Shown: in pieces, positions 47,495 to 58,028 of the stretch | How the letters are laid out: each line of letters opens with the position of its first letter | How positions within the stretch are numbered: position 1 is the stretch's first letter | Source of the DNA: Candidatus Bathyarchaeia archaeon | Lineage (GTDB): Archaea > Thermoproteota > Bathyarchaeia > 40CM-2-53-6 | Direction of reading: 5' to 3' | Assembly: GCA_049513715.1 (NCBI GenBank) | Contig: JBEKVV010000003.1 | Coordinates: 384,001 to 448,000, forward strand | DNA: 64,000 nucleotides | Made by a program: the position numbers and the translations under genes | The notes under the pieces: generated by a model | What the model was told of the DNA's origin: nothing | Database searches by the model: none | Seen by the model: only the letters and a program-made list of their open reading frames with translations

Positions 47495-48691
47495 GTGGGA
47501 TCATTGCATACGAGGATTTGGCTTGCCCTAGCAGTGCTCGCTGGCGTTGCAAGCCTCTCCACTCTTCTTGTCTTACAAACCACACCAACTAATCCAATAT
47601 GGTCAGACTACGCACGGCTGCTCGGATGGGGAGGTCTGGCATCAGCAGCCGTACTCGTCGTTCAAGGGTTTTGGAAAGCCTCTCGAGACAAACAGTACAT
47701 GACTCAACTCCGAAATCAAACATCGCTACATCAACAAGACATTGTAAACAAGTATACTGAATCCCGTGTGCATGGATGGAGAGTGATGCACATCATCCTC
47801 TCAATCCTAGTGACAACACTAGCAGGACTTCATGGAATCCTCCTCCTTCCCAGACTTGCGTCTCCAACCATTGGCGTGACCTTCGGTTTAATCGGTCTAA
47901 TCGCACTTCTAGCTCTCGGCTTATCTGGAGCCGTCACCGAAGCGAATCGGAAGACGAAAACCTTCGGATCATTGAAGAAAACACATCTTTGGCTCATGGT
48001 CGGGGCACTGACATTAGCTGAACTTCACGCAGTCGCGGCCGGTTCAACGATATTCAGCCTCGGCTCAACCATCGCACTAGGTTTGTTGGTAGGTACAATC
48101 GGAATGATCGGCATAGGAGTTGAATATGCCTCCGTCAAAGCCGCACGACATTACTTCAAGACTGTACCGCAACCCATACCGAGCGATGGATGCAGCGTCA
48201 ATCTGGGACGGAGAGCGGCACTACAGAAGTTTGGCACACTGGCCGTAGGAACGCTCGTAGCCATCAGTTTCGCCGAAGCCGCCGCGCTCATGCCGAATGT
48301 CCTCTCGTCGCCGCAGAATCAACAGGCACAACAAAGCCTTGTTGTCGCTTCAATCACGCCCATTCAAACGAATCAGCAAGCCACAGGGAACAAGTTGGGA
48401 AATCTTTCGAACATACCGGTTAACAGCGCGTTCTACTTCAACTACCCTGCAGGTGTTTCCAATATCTTAATTCGGTCAAGTGACGGCAGTCTAGCTGCAT
48501 ATTCCTCAACATGCACGCATCAACCCTGCACAGTCGGATATGACGCTGGAACTGGGTTGATTAGATGCCCATGCCACGGTGCCTTATTTGATCCAAAACA
48601 AGGGGCAAGGGTTCTGCAGGGTCCCGCGCCTGCGCCACTCTCTTCAATTCAGCTTACCGTTGACAGTAATGGAGACATATGGTTAGCATAG
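47495..48691 (+). CDS. Polytopic His-containing membrane domain fused to a C-terminal Rieske domain
   Basis: TM His pairs (VMH..GLH; KTH..ELH), GRRAAL + TM, CTHQPC, CPCHGALF, GPAPAPL. Confidence 0.85.
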   Translation: MGSLHTRIWLALAVLAGVASLSTLLVLQTTPTNPIWSDYARLLGWGGLASAAVLVVQGFWKASRDKQYMTQLRNQTSLHQQDIVNKYTESRVHGWRVMHIILSILVTTLAGLHGILLLPRLASPTIGVTFGLIGLIALLALGLSGAVTEANRKTKTFGSLKKTHLWLMVGALTLAELHAVAAGSTIFSLGSTIALGLLVGTIGMIGIGVEYASVKAARHYFKTVPQPIPSDGCSVNLGRRAALQKFGTLAVGTLVAISFAEAAALMPNVLSSPQNQQAQQSLVVASITPIQTNQQATGNKLGNLSNIPVNSAFYFNYPAGVSNILIRSSDGSLAAYSSTCTHQPCTVGYDAGTGLIRCPCHGALFDPKQGARVLQGPAPAPLSSIQLTVDSNGDIWLA

Positions 48692-49055
48692 CCTAATGAT
48701 TGGGCCATGCTCAGGAGAAGAACAATTAGATATTGGAGGCTTCCCCATCATCGCGAACTCACAGCGGTAATCAGTATCGGGCCCACCCTTGCCTTTATCA
48801 ATTGTACACGTGAGTGTCGTGACTTCACGCACCCCAGCACGTCGATAAATGATTTCGGCAGATTCCGCTTAGAACTCTCACAGTCTGAACACCTCCCCTC
48901 AATACTCCTGTGCAACCCTAACATTCAATTTCCGTCTCCGTGCACTCCAAACGAAAAATCCGCCGTTTTGCATAGCGTATTATACAACTTCGGCCGGGGC
49001 GTCTAGAAGTGCAAAGATCGATAACGCCTGGTGAGCTAGCAAGGGGGATCCAAGA

Positions 49056-49625
49056 TTGAGCCACGAACGATTCCCCGAGAAGATGGCCTTCCTACTCAAC
49101 AATCCCGTGAGGCGATTTCTAAGCCCGCCTCAGAGGTTGCTCTCTAAACTCGACCTTCACCCTAGCAACGTGGTCGTAGATTTCGGCTGTGGCCCAGGCT
49201 TCTACACTATTCCGCTAGCGAAAATAACAAGTAGGGTTATCGGAGTTGATGTCTCCACGCACATGCTTGAGAAAGCTGCCAGCTATGCCAAGCGAAGCGG
49301 TGTGACCATTGAAACTATTCAAAGCGATGGGGCACGTATCACCCTACCAGACGGTAGTGTTGATTTGATCCTGTTGAATCATGTTTTTCATGAAGTCGAA
49401 AACAGAAGCAAAGTCCTAGAAGAATTCCTCAGGACTCTGAAGCCATCGGGCAGGTTGGCTGTGCTCGAAAAAACTCGAGGAAAGGGTGTGTTTTCCGGGA
49501 AGTTTGGCCCTCCAATAATGAATGAAGGCGACCTCGTTGAGGAGATGAGAACTGCAGGATTCGCAACGGTTCGAATCATTCCACATGGAAAGGACTCCGT
49601 GATAGTCGCCAAGAAAAAGACTTAG
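49056..49625 (+). CDS. Class I SAM-dependent methyltransferase
   Basis: VVDFGCGPG, GVDVS, LKPSGRL. Confidence 0.9.
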   Translation: MSHERFPEKMAFLLNNPVRRFLSPPQRLLSKLDLHPSNVVVDFGCGPGFYTIPLAKITSRVIGVDVSTHMLEKAASYAKRSGVTIETIQSDGARITLPDGSVDLILLNHVFHEVENRSKVLEEFLRTLKPSGRLAVLEKTRGKGVFSGKFGPPIMNEGDLVEEMRTAGFATVRIIPHGKDSVIVAKKKT

Positions 49626-49712
49626 GGAGACAATTAAATGATAGACGATAATTTTGGCCTGCATACTTGACCGAGAATTCAGCACTCAATACAACCACAG
49701 GGCCAGTTTTCC

Positions 49713-50885
49713 ATGAAGGGCATGGCTAATCGTAGGGCAATTGCTTCTCTTTGCTTAGCAAGGGCCGTTTATGCCGTCAATTGGTATAACGTGGCCGCAA
49801 TCTTCGCACTAATTGCATTGGATTTCAAGGAAAACGTGGGTGGGCTTGGCTTTCTCACCGGCAGCTTCTACATTGGCCTTGGCCTCTTCCAGGTCCCCGG
49901 CGGAATAATCGCTGCCAGATATGGGCCCAAAAGAACCGCGATATACGGAATACTTGTTGATTCCTTCGCTGTTTTACTCACGGGGTTTGCCACCGATTTC
50001 GTTGAAATCATACTCCTCCGTTTCTTCGTCGGGATGGGTATGGCGTTATTCTTCGCGCCTGGGGTTGTTTTGATTGCGAAATATTTCCGGAAAAACTCGG
50101 AAGGATTGGGTGTTGGAACGTTCAACTCGGCGTTCTATGTGGGTGGGGCAATAGGCTTGTTCGGTTGGGCAATCTTGGCTGAAATCGTTGGCTGGCATCT
50201 AAGCCTCATAATGGGCGGTGCGTTGGGCATTCTGACGGGTGTACTCATGATCGTTTCTGTTCCCAAGGATACACTGCGCGGGGATTTTCTCGTCAAATGG
50301 CCCGATTTACGGAAGATCTTAGAGGATAAGTGGTTACTGCTCTTGACCTTGGAACTCTTTGGAATTACTGCCGGCACAACCATCACAACAACCTTCATCG
50401 TGTACTATCTGGAGAATTCCCTTAACGTTGGAGCCGCGATGGCTGGTGTAGTGGGAGGCCTCGCTATGATCTCCTCCATAATCTCAGCACCATTGATCGG
50501 CAGAGCCTACGATCGAACCAAAGACGCTCGAAGGTTGCTCTTCCTGTCAGGTCTCATAATGTCCTTCGGCATCTCCTTCGCCTCTATTGGTAGGTTATGG
50601 AGTGCGGCCGTCTCCACGATAGTAGTAGGCCTCTGCGGAGGCGCCGCGTACACAGTAGGATTCACAGCGGCCCGGGATGTGCATACCGTTGCGAAAGAGT
50701 ACGAAACACTTGCTGTGAGCTGGGTAAATAGCATACAAATGTTTGCTGGTTTCTTCTCGCCGGTCGCATTCTCCCTAATCGTACTACGCTTCGGTTACTC
50801 GGCGGCATGGTTAGTTGCAGGCTTCTACACGCTAGCTCTGATTTCAATTATCCTCGTGTCTAAGGGCCGAAAAGCCAATGCGTAG
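49713..50885 (+). CDS. MFS transporter
   Basis: About 12 TM helices, G..AARYGPKR motif A, LRFFVGMG. Confidence 0.9.
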   Translation: MKGMANRRAIASLCLARAVYAVNWYNVAAIFALIALDFKENVGGLGFLTGSFYIGLGLFQVPGGIIAARYGPKRTAIYGILVDSFAVLLTGFATDFVEIILLRFFVGMGMALFFAPGVVLIAKYFRKNSEGLGVGTFNSAFYVGGAIGLFGWAILAEIVGWHLSLIMGGALGILTGVLMIVSVPKDTLRGDFLVKWPDLRKILEDKWLLLLTLELFGITAGTTITTTFIVYYLENSLNVGAAMAGVVGGLAMISSIISAPLIGRAYDRTKDARRLLFLSGLIMSFGISFASIGRLWSAAVSTIVVGLCGGAAYTVGFTAARDVHTVAKEYETLAVSWVNSIQMFAGFFSPVAFSLIVLRFGYSAAWLVAGFYTLALISIILVSKGRKANA

Positions 50886-51058
50886 GGCTCAGTCGCAGGT
50901 GAAGATTCATAAGGCTCCTGTTGGAGATTTGGATCTGCGGCAAGGCCCGTGTGATTCGCATGAAGCACGACCATACAGCCGAACCTGACCTACGGCCAAC
51001 GTTGGCCGCTTAACTCCCCAATTTTTTGGTCCGTGATTCTGCGAGCGGAAGATCCGTG

Positions 51059-51451
51059 ATGAATCAGAAACTTGTCGATACGATTGGCTTCGGGTTTCTT
51101 TTGTGGTTAATTGGGTACTTCATGGGTTTCTTCATTATCACAATTCCTGGTTACCCGGAAATAATGACAATCCCAGTCATCTTAACAGCATTCAGCCTTG
51201 CGGTAGCGTTAGTTACTGCCGCGTTTGCTTACGTCCGCTTCAGAAAACGCCGGGAGGTCAGTTGGCTTTACGCGTTCCTCGTCGGAATCGCGTGGACCAC
51301 CCTCGCAATCGTTCTTGATTTCATATTCATCGTCTTGCTGTTCAATGCGCCAAGCTACTATCGACCACACATCTTCATTTACTATGCCATCACTCTGGTC
51401 GTCCCGTCAGCTGTATCAAAATACTCGAGCCGACAGTTCTCACGAGAGTGA
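51059..51451 (+). CDS. Hypothetical 4-TM membrane protein
   Basis: GFLLWLIGY...GIAW...AIVLDFIFIV; ATG at 51059 (open frame from 51026). Confidence 0.7.
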   Translation: MNQKLVDTIGFGFLLWLIGYFMGFFIITIPGYPEIMTIPVILTAFSLAVALVTAAFAYVRFRKRREVSWLYAFLVGIAWTTLAIVLDFIFIVLLFNAPSYYRPHIFIYYAITLVVPSAVSKYSSRQFSRE

Positions 51452-51490
51452 CCGCGTTCCCTTTTCGTGTAGAGTGAACTATTGGACCGT

Positions 51491-52195
51491 TTAGGACTTC
51501 AAAAGCTGCAGTGTGGCCTTCATGTTTTTGTCGAATATGACTTTCCGCACCCTCGAATCAGTATTCTGTCCCTTCATTGAACGGCCTCTGATCGTATTGA
51601 TGAATTCGCCACCATGTTCGACCAGTTTCATTTCGAGGACGGCATCAGATATCAGTTTCATCTCCTGGTAGAATTCCGGCGGATGTAGGCCATTGGCCAA
51701 CCCCGCAATCATAATCGTTCCTTGATTCCTCCAAATTCCCACTGCTTTTCGCGAAAATTTCGCAAAGACATTCTCTTGATTGAACGCTAAATTCGAGAAG
51801 GATTCAGTAATAACCAAAGTACCTGCAGGCCACTGCGGGGCGGACTTCCCCATTATTATGGACAACTCATTGAGATTCATAGCCTCAGACTGATATTTCT
51901 CGGCCGACGATATGCCCATCTGCGCAGAGTACGCGTCGAATACTACTGCCTTGTCACTGGACTCATATTCGGAAACATTGGCTCCCAACATGTCGAACTG
52001 CTGCCTGATTTCGCCGCTTGGTCGCGAAGAGACTGTGTACAGTAGATCTCCCCCAGCCCTCAGAAAATCCGCAGCTATATTCGTGAGCAGTGCGGTATAC
52101 TGAGCGTCAGGATCGTATAACGCCAGAATCGTTCTCCCAAAAGGTATCTCTCCAAAGAGTTCAGATAGAAGCGGAACCCTCACTGTTTTCTGCAT
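51491..52195 (-). CDS. KaiC/RAD55-like RecA-fold protein with degenerate Walker A
   Basis: VPLLSELFGEIPFG, YDPDAQY in place of the P-loop, ISDAVLEM, R.MKG; ATG at 52195. Confidence 0.72.
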   Translation of the reverse strand: MQKTVRVPLLSELFGEIPFGRTILALYDPDAQYTALLTNIAADFLRAGGDLLYTVSSRPSGEIRQQFDMLGANVSEYESSDKAVVFDAYSAQMGISSAEKYQSEAMNLNELSIIMGKSAPQWPAGTLVITESFSNLAFNQENVFAKFSRKAVGIWRNQGTIMIAGLANGLHPPEFYQEMKLISDAVLEMKLVEHGGEFINTIRGRSMKGQNTDSRVRKVIFDKNMKATLQLLKS

Positions 52196-52244
52196 GCCAT
52201 CCCCCGTTCCAATACAGGCACATTGCAAGACAAGGTGGGATAGG

Positions 52245-53336
52245 TCAAGTGCGAATCTTTAGAGGTTGTTCGAGTGATTTCTTGACGGTTAGGTTGAGCA
52301 CAACTTCCGCAATGTCGGTGGCGTACTCGCCGATTCTCCGAAGACTCTCTGAAATCAGGGTGATGGCGGACAGCTCGTTGGCGGGCATCTTCTCCTTCAC
52401 CAAACGCTCCACGATTCTCGATTCAAGCCCGGCAATCTTCTGTTTATCGAGAAGCACTTTCTCAGCGAGTTCGTAGTCTCCTGCGAACAAAGAGCGCATC
52501 GAGGCTTCCATCATATCGGCTGAGATTTGGCTCAGTGCCTTTGTGTCTTTCAAAAGCCCAGCTTCTAAGGGATGTTCAATGACTAAGGAATTCTCTGCAA
52601 CTTTTGCAGCATGGTCCGCAGACCTCTCGATGCTCTTCGTTACAATCCTGTAGCCGAGGCATTCCACGGGTTCAGTGAGGCCGATTGTTCCTAGAAGAGG
52701 CGGGTGCTGAACTGCCCACTTCAATTGCCGAATAATGTAAAGACCAAAGCGGTCAATCTCATCGTCAATTTTCAACACTTGTTTGGCCAGCTCATGATCT
52801 GAGTTTGCCAGAGCCTGCATGGCGTCATGAAGCATAGAGCTAGTGATGGAGCTCATCCTTCTGAGCGCATCCGGTACGAGCAGCTGAGGAGAGGTGAGAA
52901 GAACTTGGAGTGTAGCGCTTCGGGCAGATTCCGTGACGAGCTCCGTCCCAACTAGCTTGTTTCTCGCCACGTTTCTAATGCTATCGCGGATCGCCGCTGA
53001 CAGATTACCCGACGCCGAGCTTACTTCGATCGTCGAGAATCCTACGACATAAAGTGAGATGATTTTACGCGTCAATGCCTCCGGGTCCGCTTCGGATCCC
53101 ACTGTGATGGAGCATCTTGAACTCTGATCATCAAACTTGGCGCTGTCAGACGGGACAAGTAGGAGACCACGCTCGTCTTGTCTACTGAACTCTACCCTGC
53201 CACCCTTGCGCAACCCCGCCTCCTCTACCCAGCGCTTCGGGATTGATACGATGTAAGACCCACGCCCGGTCAATTGTATGCGGCGAATGTACCGGTCCTC
53301 TGATTCTTCTTCCGGCGAATCCTTTGGGGTTTTCAT
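52245..53336 (-). CDS. AbrB-PhoU phosphate uptake regulator
   Basis: RRIQLTGRGSYIVSIPKRW (AbrB) plus two PhoU repeats (ERSADH, RRIGEY); ATG 53336 preferred (frame open to 53381). Confidence 0.9.
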   Translation of the reverse strand: MKTPKDSPEEESEDRYIRRIQLTGRGSYIVSIPKRWVEEAGLRKGGRVEFSRQDERGLLLVPSDSAKFDDQSSRCSITVGSEADPEALTRKIISLYVVGFSTIEVSSASGNLSAAIRDSIRNVARNKLVGTELVTESARSATLQVLLTSPQLLVPDALRRMSSITSSMLHDAMQALANSDHELAKQVLKIDDEIDRFGLYIIRQLKWAVQHPPLLGTIGLTEPVECLGYRIVTKSIERSADHAAKVAENSLVIEHPLEAGLLKDTKALSQISADMMEASMRSLFAGDYELAEKVLLDKQKIAGLESRIVERLVKEKMPANELSAITLISESLRRIGEYATDIAEVVLNLTVKKSLEQPLKIRT

Positions 53337-53384
53337 GGGTTGTACTATAGATTTCTGGTATTTCATGTTATTGCTTCGCATTTA

Positions 53385-54011
53385 CTATATTTTCTTCCCC
53401 GACGTAATGTAAATCACGGAATCGCCTATGTAGCATGCATGGTCCGCAATTCGCTCTAGGTATCTCAGCACGAGTGTGGAGGCCAAGGCACATTTTAGCT
53501 GGATTGGTTCTTGCTGAGTGACTTCTTTGATGTAATCGAGGTAGATCTTGTCGACGGCGTCGTCCTCGTCCCGAAGAGAACGTGCCATGTCACTGTCCCT
53601 AGTCTTGAATGAGAGTATGCTCGCCTGCATCATCTTGGTGACCTTCCCGCTGAGGTCTTGGACGACCGACTTGTCGCATTGGGAGAGGTCTCCGAATATT
53701 TCGAGGACCTGCGCAATATCGTATGCATACCTTCCGAAGCGCGAGAAACCATAGGCGATCTCAAGACAGGATTTTATAAAACGGAGGTCTGTTGCGACTG
53801 GCTGATATCTTGCAAGAAGCTCCACTGCAAGCTCTTCAACCTCGTTGGAAAGCATCGATAACTGGTGTGCCCTATTCAGGGCCTCCTTTGTGATCCGCTC
53901 TCCCTTACCGTAGGCTTCAATAGCCTTCATCACGGATTCTTGCGCAAGATTCGCCATATCACCGATGGCGTTCGAGAGCCTTTCTAATCCCATGTCCATT
54001 AGGCGTGGCAA
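53385..54011 (-). CDS. phoU: Phosphate signalling protein PhoU
   Basis: RYQPVATDLR, DDAVD, LERIADH. Confidence 0.93.
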   Translation of the reverse strand: MPRLMDMGLERLSNAIGDMANLAQESVMKAIEAYGKGERITKEALNRAHQLSMLSNEVEELAVELLARYQPVATDLRFIKSCLEIAYGFSRFGRYAYDIAQVLEIFGDLSQCDKSVVQDLSGKVTKMMQASILSFKTRDSDMARSLRDEDDAVDKIYLDYIKEVTQQEPIQLKCALASTLVLRYLERIADHACYIGDSVIYITSGKKI

Positions 54012-54017
54012 GCGAGA

Positions 54018-54848
54018 TCAACCAAACTTACCGCTGATGTAGCGCTCCGTCAGTTCATTTCTGGGATTCTCGAAAATCTGCTTAGTGGGCCCGTACTCAA
54101 TCAGCTTGCCAAGATACAGAAAACCCGTGAAATCAGATATCCTTGCGGCCTGCTGCATATTGTGCGTGACCACTATCACCGTGTAGGTTTCCTTCAATTT
54201 GATAATAAGCTCCTCAATCTTGGCTGTTGCAACAGGGTCTAGTGCTGAGCACGGCTCGTCCATCAGAACTATCTCGGGCTCTATGGCGAGAGCCCTGGCT
54301 ATGCAGAGCCTCTGTTGTTGGCCGCCGGAAAGGCTGGCCCCTGACTCGTTTATTCGATCTCCTACCTCATCCCACAAGAACGCCTTCCTGAGATTCTCCT
54401 CAACTTTGATCGATACGGTCTTATGATCTCTAACTCCATTTAGCCGAAGCCCGGCAGCAACATTGTCAAACACGGACATCGTCGGGAACGGATTCGGCTT
54501 TTGAAAAACCATGCCGATTCTCCTGCGAACATCAACGGGGTCACTGTCTGGAGAGTAGGTGTTCTGACCGCCAAGGATGACGCTTCCCGTAACCCACGCG
54601 GTTGAAGCTACTTCATGCATCCTGTTCAGGCATCGAATGAGTGTTGATTTTCCGCATCCCGAAGGCCCAATGATCGCCGTCACCATATTCTCTTTGAAAC
54701 TCAACGATATGTCTTCTAGCACTCTCTTCTTGCCGAAACCGGCGTTCAGGTTCTCTACAGTCAATTTCTCTTTCAAATTCTCGAAAGTCCCTCCATTCTT
54801 GCGAGCATCTATCATAGGCATTTGCACGACTACCCGTGAACTTAACAT
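54018..54848 (-). CDS. pstB: Phosphate ABC transporter ATP-binding protein
   Basis: GPSGCGKST, GMVFQKPNPF, LSGGQQQRLCIARA, YISGKFG; start uncertain. Confidence 0.96.
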   Translation of the reverse strand: MLSSRVVVQMPMIDARKNGGTFENLKEKLTVENLNAGFGKKRVLEDISLSFKENMVTAIIGPSGCGKSTLIRCLNRMHEVASTAWVTGSVILGGQNTYSPDSDPVDVRRRIGMVFQKPNPFPTMSVFDNVAAGLRLNGVRDHKTVSIKVEENLRKAFLWDEVGDRINESGASLSGGQQQRLCIARALAIEPEIVLMDEPCSALDPVATAKIEELIIKLKETYTVIVVTHNMQQAARISDFTGFLYLGKLIEYGPTKQIFENPRNELTERYISGKFG

Positions 54849-54900
54849 GACTTACTACCAGTTGGGAACGTCGTCGAGGTCGCCAACTAGTTGAAAGCGT

Positions 54901-54927
54901 GTTACATGAATCCTATAGATACACATG
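54901..54927 (+). promoter_or_regulatory. Candidate phosphate-regulon operator between pstB and pstS
   Basis: GTTACATGAATCCTATAGATACACATG, 22/27 identical to 58300-58326. Confidence 0.6.
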
Positions 54928-56190
54928 CGAACGTGTGACTCTCATGGTATTCCACTAAATATGCCATGGCCTGCACATGGCGACATGATGACGCATATGT
55001 CAAATGAAAAACCTAAACGAAATCTGGGCCGAATAACGATTGTCGTGGTCGTTGTCATAGTCGCGATCATTGCAGGTGCATTCGGATACCAATCCATGAA
55101 CAACTCAAGTCCTTCAATGCAGTCAACATCGCAATCAATGTCAGCAACTGGCTCAATGACAGAAAGTCAACCTGTCTCTGTTCTTGGGGCTGGGGCTACT
55201 TTCCCCGCTCCGCTGATCCAGAGATGGACCGTGGAATACCATAACCTGTACTCTTCAGTCACAATAAACTACAACCCAATAGGAAGCGGCGGTGGAATTC
55301 AGCAAATCACAGCGAAGACAGTGGACTTCGGCGCATCTGACGCCCCATTGTCCGACAAGCAAATGGCAAATGCCTCAGGGCTAGTACTGATGCCCGAAAC
55401 ACTCGGAGGCGTAGCAGTAACTTACAACCTCAACTCCTATGGAATATCGAATAGTACAACAATCAACTTCTCAGGCGACGTGCTGGTAGGAATCTACATG
55501 GGTACGATCACAAAATGGAATGATCCAGCAATCCAAGCTTTGAACCCCGGTTTGAACCTCCCGAGCGCAACCATAGCGGCCGTACACCGATCTGATGGAA
55601 GTGGAACCACCTACGCGTTCACAGACTACCTCTCAACAGTTAACCCCGATTGGAAGTCAGCCGTCGGGCGAAGCACATCAGTGACGTGGCCTGCAGACAA
55701 AACCGCAAGTGGAATCGGCGCCAAAGGCAACGCAGGCGTAGCAGGAACCGTCGTCAACACGCAGGGCGCGATCGGTTACGTGGATGTAATCTACGCTGTC
55801 AACAACCATTTGGGCATCGGAGCAGTGAAGAACGCAGCTGGCAACTTCATAGTCCCAACCCTACAAACCATATTGTATGCAGCAGCGAATGCAACTGGCA
55901 CACCAAACCCTAGCGACCTTCGACTGCACATCGTGAATGCTCCAGGCGATCAATCATACCCAATTGCCACCTACACCTACATCCTCATCTACAAGGACAT
56001 GTCCGCTAACCCAAGCACAACTCTAGCAAAGGCACAAGCATTGGCAAAATTCCTCTGGTGGGCAATTCACGACGGCCAGAAATACTCAGAAGGCCTCATC
56101 TACGTACCACTACCACAGAACATTGTATCCGCTGACGAGCAACTGCTCCTATCGCTGAACTACCAAGGACAACAACTGATAACTCAATAA
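54925..56190 (+). CDS. pstS: Phosphate ABC transporter substrate-binding protein
   Basis: GAGATFPAP, GSGGG, DFGASD, HRSDGSGTT; true start probably about 54985-54997. Confidence 0.96.
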   Translation: MRTCDSHGIPLNMPWPAHGDMMTHMSNEKPKRNLGRITIVVVVVIVAIIAGAFGYQSMNNSSPSMQSTSQSMSATGSMTESQPVSVLGAGATFPAPLIQRWTVEYHNLYSSVTINYNPIGSGGGIQQITAKTVDFGASDAPLSDKQMANASGLVLMPETLGGVAVTYNLNSYGISNSTTINFSGDVLVGIYMGTITKWNDPAIQALNPGLNLPSATIAAVHRSDGSGTTYAFTDYLSTVNPDWKSAVGRSTSVTWPADKTASGIGAKGNAGVAGTVVNTQGAIGYVDVIYAVNNHLGIGAVKNAAGNFIVPTLQTILYAAANATGTPNPSDLRLHIVNAPGDQSYPIATYTYILIYKDMSANPSTTLAKAQALAKFLWWAIHDGQKYSEGLIYVPLPQNIVSADEQLLLSLNYQGQQLITQ

Positions 56191-56203
56191 ACCCAGCAAA
56201 CGT

Positions 56204-57190
56204 TTGAGCACGTCCTTGACAACCTTCGGTAAGACAAGCCGCGTCCACAAGAGAACGCGGCGACCCAACCTTTTTCTTATTTTACTGATTATAGCAGCTA
56301 TCGCTATTCCGTGTATTACGACCATCTATCTTTACGCCTTATTCATCGGGAGCACGGATTCGATTCGTGCTTTTGGACTCAACTTTCTCTTCAATACCGA
56401 TTGGATTCCGAACCCGGCAAACGGCGGCCCGCCGTCACTTGGCGCATTGCCAGCGATTTATGGGTCAATCGTAACCACGGCTATCTCCCTCCTACTGGCC
56501 GTGCCCATTAGCCTGGGAGTAGCATTGTTCCAATCAGAATTAGCTCCAAAGAAATTACGCGTTCCGTCCGTCTTCATGATTGAACTACTAGCTGCCGTAC
56601 CGAGTGTAGTGTATGGGTTGTGGGGTTTACTGTTCCTTGTCCCGTTCATGCGTGACTACATCAACCCACCACTGAAACAATTTCTTGGTTTCCTTCCACT
56701 CTTCCAGGGTCCAATCACCGGACTCGGAATGTTAACTGCAGGCGTAATCCTTGCCATCATGATCATACCTTACGGTTCTTCAGTCATGCGGGAAGTGATA
56801 ACAGCCGTACCACGAAGCCAACGAGAAGCCTGCATTGCCCTCGGTGCTACGAATTGGGAGACGATTCGCACAGCTGTGATACCTTTCGCGCGGACTGGGA
56901 TAATTGCGGCAGTCGTCCTCGCTTTGGGACGCGCAATTGGTGAAACGATGGCTGTGATAATGGTGATCGGAAACGTTGCGAGAATCTCGCCATCCTTGTT
57001 CCTTCCTGCCGAAACGATTCCAAGTGTCATTGCGAATGAGTTCACAGAGGTTGCAGGGAATAATGTTTACCTAGCCGCTCTTTTCGAGCTGGGCCTGATC
57101 CTATTCGCGATTGCATTCCTGATGAACCTCGCAGGAAGGGTACTGGTATCAAGATTGAGTTACAAAGCGGGGCGTGATGTCAGTGCTTAG
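56204..57190 (+). CDS. pstC: Phosphate ABC transporter permease
   Basis: ELLAAVPSVVYGLWG, LGRAIGETMAV. Confidence 0.96.
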   Translation: MSTSLTTFGKTSRVHKRTRRPNLFLILLIIAAIAIPCITTIYLYALFIGSTDSIRAFGLNFLFNTDWIPNPANGGPPSLGALPAIYGSIVTTAISLLLAVPISLGVALFQSELAPKKLRVPSVFMIELLAAVPSVVYGLWGLLFLVPFMRDYINPPLKQFLGFLPLFQGPITGLGMLTAGVILAIMIIPYGSSVMREVITAVPRSQREACIALGATNWETIRTAVIPFARTGIIAAVVLALGRAIGETMAVIMVIGNVARISPSLFLPAETIPSVIANEFTEVAGNNVYLAALFELGLILFAIAFLMNLAGRVLVSRLSYKAGRDVSA

Positions 57191-58028
57191 CCTCCGAATG
57201 AGAAAGAGAGTCACTAACAGCCTATTCATCGGTCTCGCGACTTTCTGTTTTCTCTTAGCTCTTGTGCCTTTGGCGGCAATTCTTTACCAGACGATTATGT
57301 CTGGGTATGGTGCACTGAGTCTCGATTTCTTCACTCAGGTGACGCCGCCCATCGGTGGAGCCGGCGGCGGAATCCTGAACGCTATCGAAGGAAGCCTCGT
57401 CATGGTCGCGATCGCGGCTCTGATTGGCACCCCCCTCGGAGTGTTCACGGGGGCCTACTTAGCTGAATACCCTGGAAAATTCGCATACCAAGTTAGGCTT
57501 CTAGCGGAGGTATTGACTGGCGTACCTTCAATCGTAACCGGCATTGTGGTTTACGTACTGATTGTATCTACCCAACACCGGTTCTCTGCCCTGAGCGGCG
57601 GAATAGCTCTCGGGTTCATGATGATTCCAATCGTTACCATATCGACCCACGAATCATTGAAGCTTGTCTCATCGTCAATAAGGGAAGGCGCCTTGGCGTT
57701 AGGAATTTCCAGGGCAAAAACGACAGTGTATGTGTTACTGAGCACAGCAAGAAGTGGGGTGATTACTGGCATCGCTCTGGCGGTGGCCCGGGTTATGGGC
57801 GAAACAGCACCACTCCTCTTCACAGCTCTGGGAAGTCAGTTCCTGATGACTAGCCTCAACGACCCCGCAGCGTCTATGACTCTTCTGATATTCGATTTCG
57901 GCACATCACCCTACGAAAACTCCCATGTCTTCGCATGGGGCGCCGCTCTAATCCTTCTTGTAATTGTGCTCGGACTAAACATTGTAGTGCGGACAGCATC
58001 ACGGTTGAAATTCGCGGCCACCGAGTAG
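57177..58028 (+). CDS. pstA: Phosphate ABC transporter permease
   Basis: GVPSIV, ARVMGETAPLL, AWGAAL. Confidence 0.96.
   Translation: MSVLSLRMRKRVTNSLFIGLATFCFLLALVPLAAILYQTIMSGYGALSLDFFTQVTPPIGGAGGGILNAIEGSLVMVAIAALIGTPLGVFTGAYLAEYPGKFAYQVRLLAEVLTGVPSIVTGIVVYVLIVSTQHRFSALSGGIALGFMMIPIVTISTHESLKLVSSSIREGALALGISRAKTTVYVLLSTARSGVITGIALAVARVMGETAPLLFTALGSQFLMTSLNDPAASMTLLIFDFGTSPYENSHVFAWGAALILLVIVLGLNIVVRTASRLKFAATE

Noticed and set aside
48707..49006. 99-aa ORF
   Set aside because: No recognisable motifs and atypical composition; likely intergenic.
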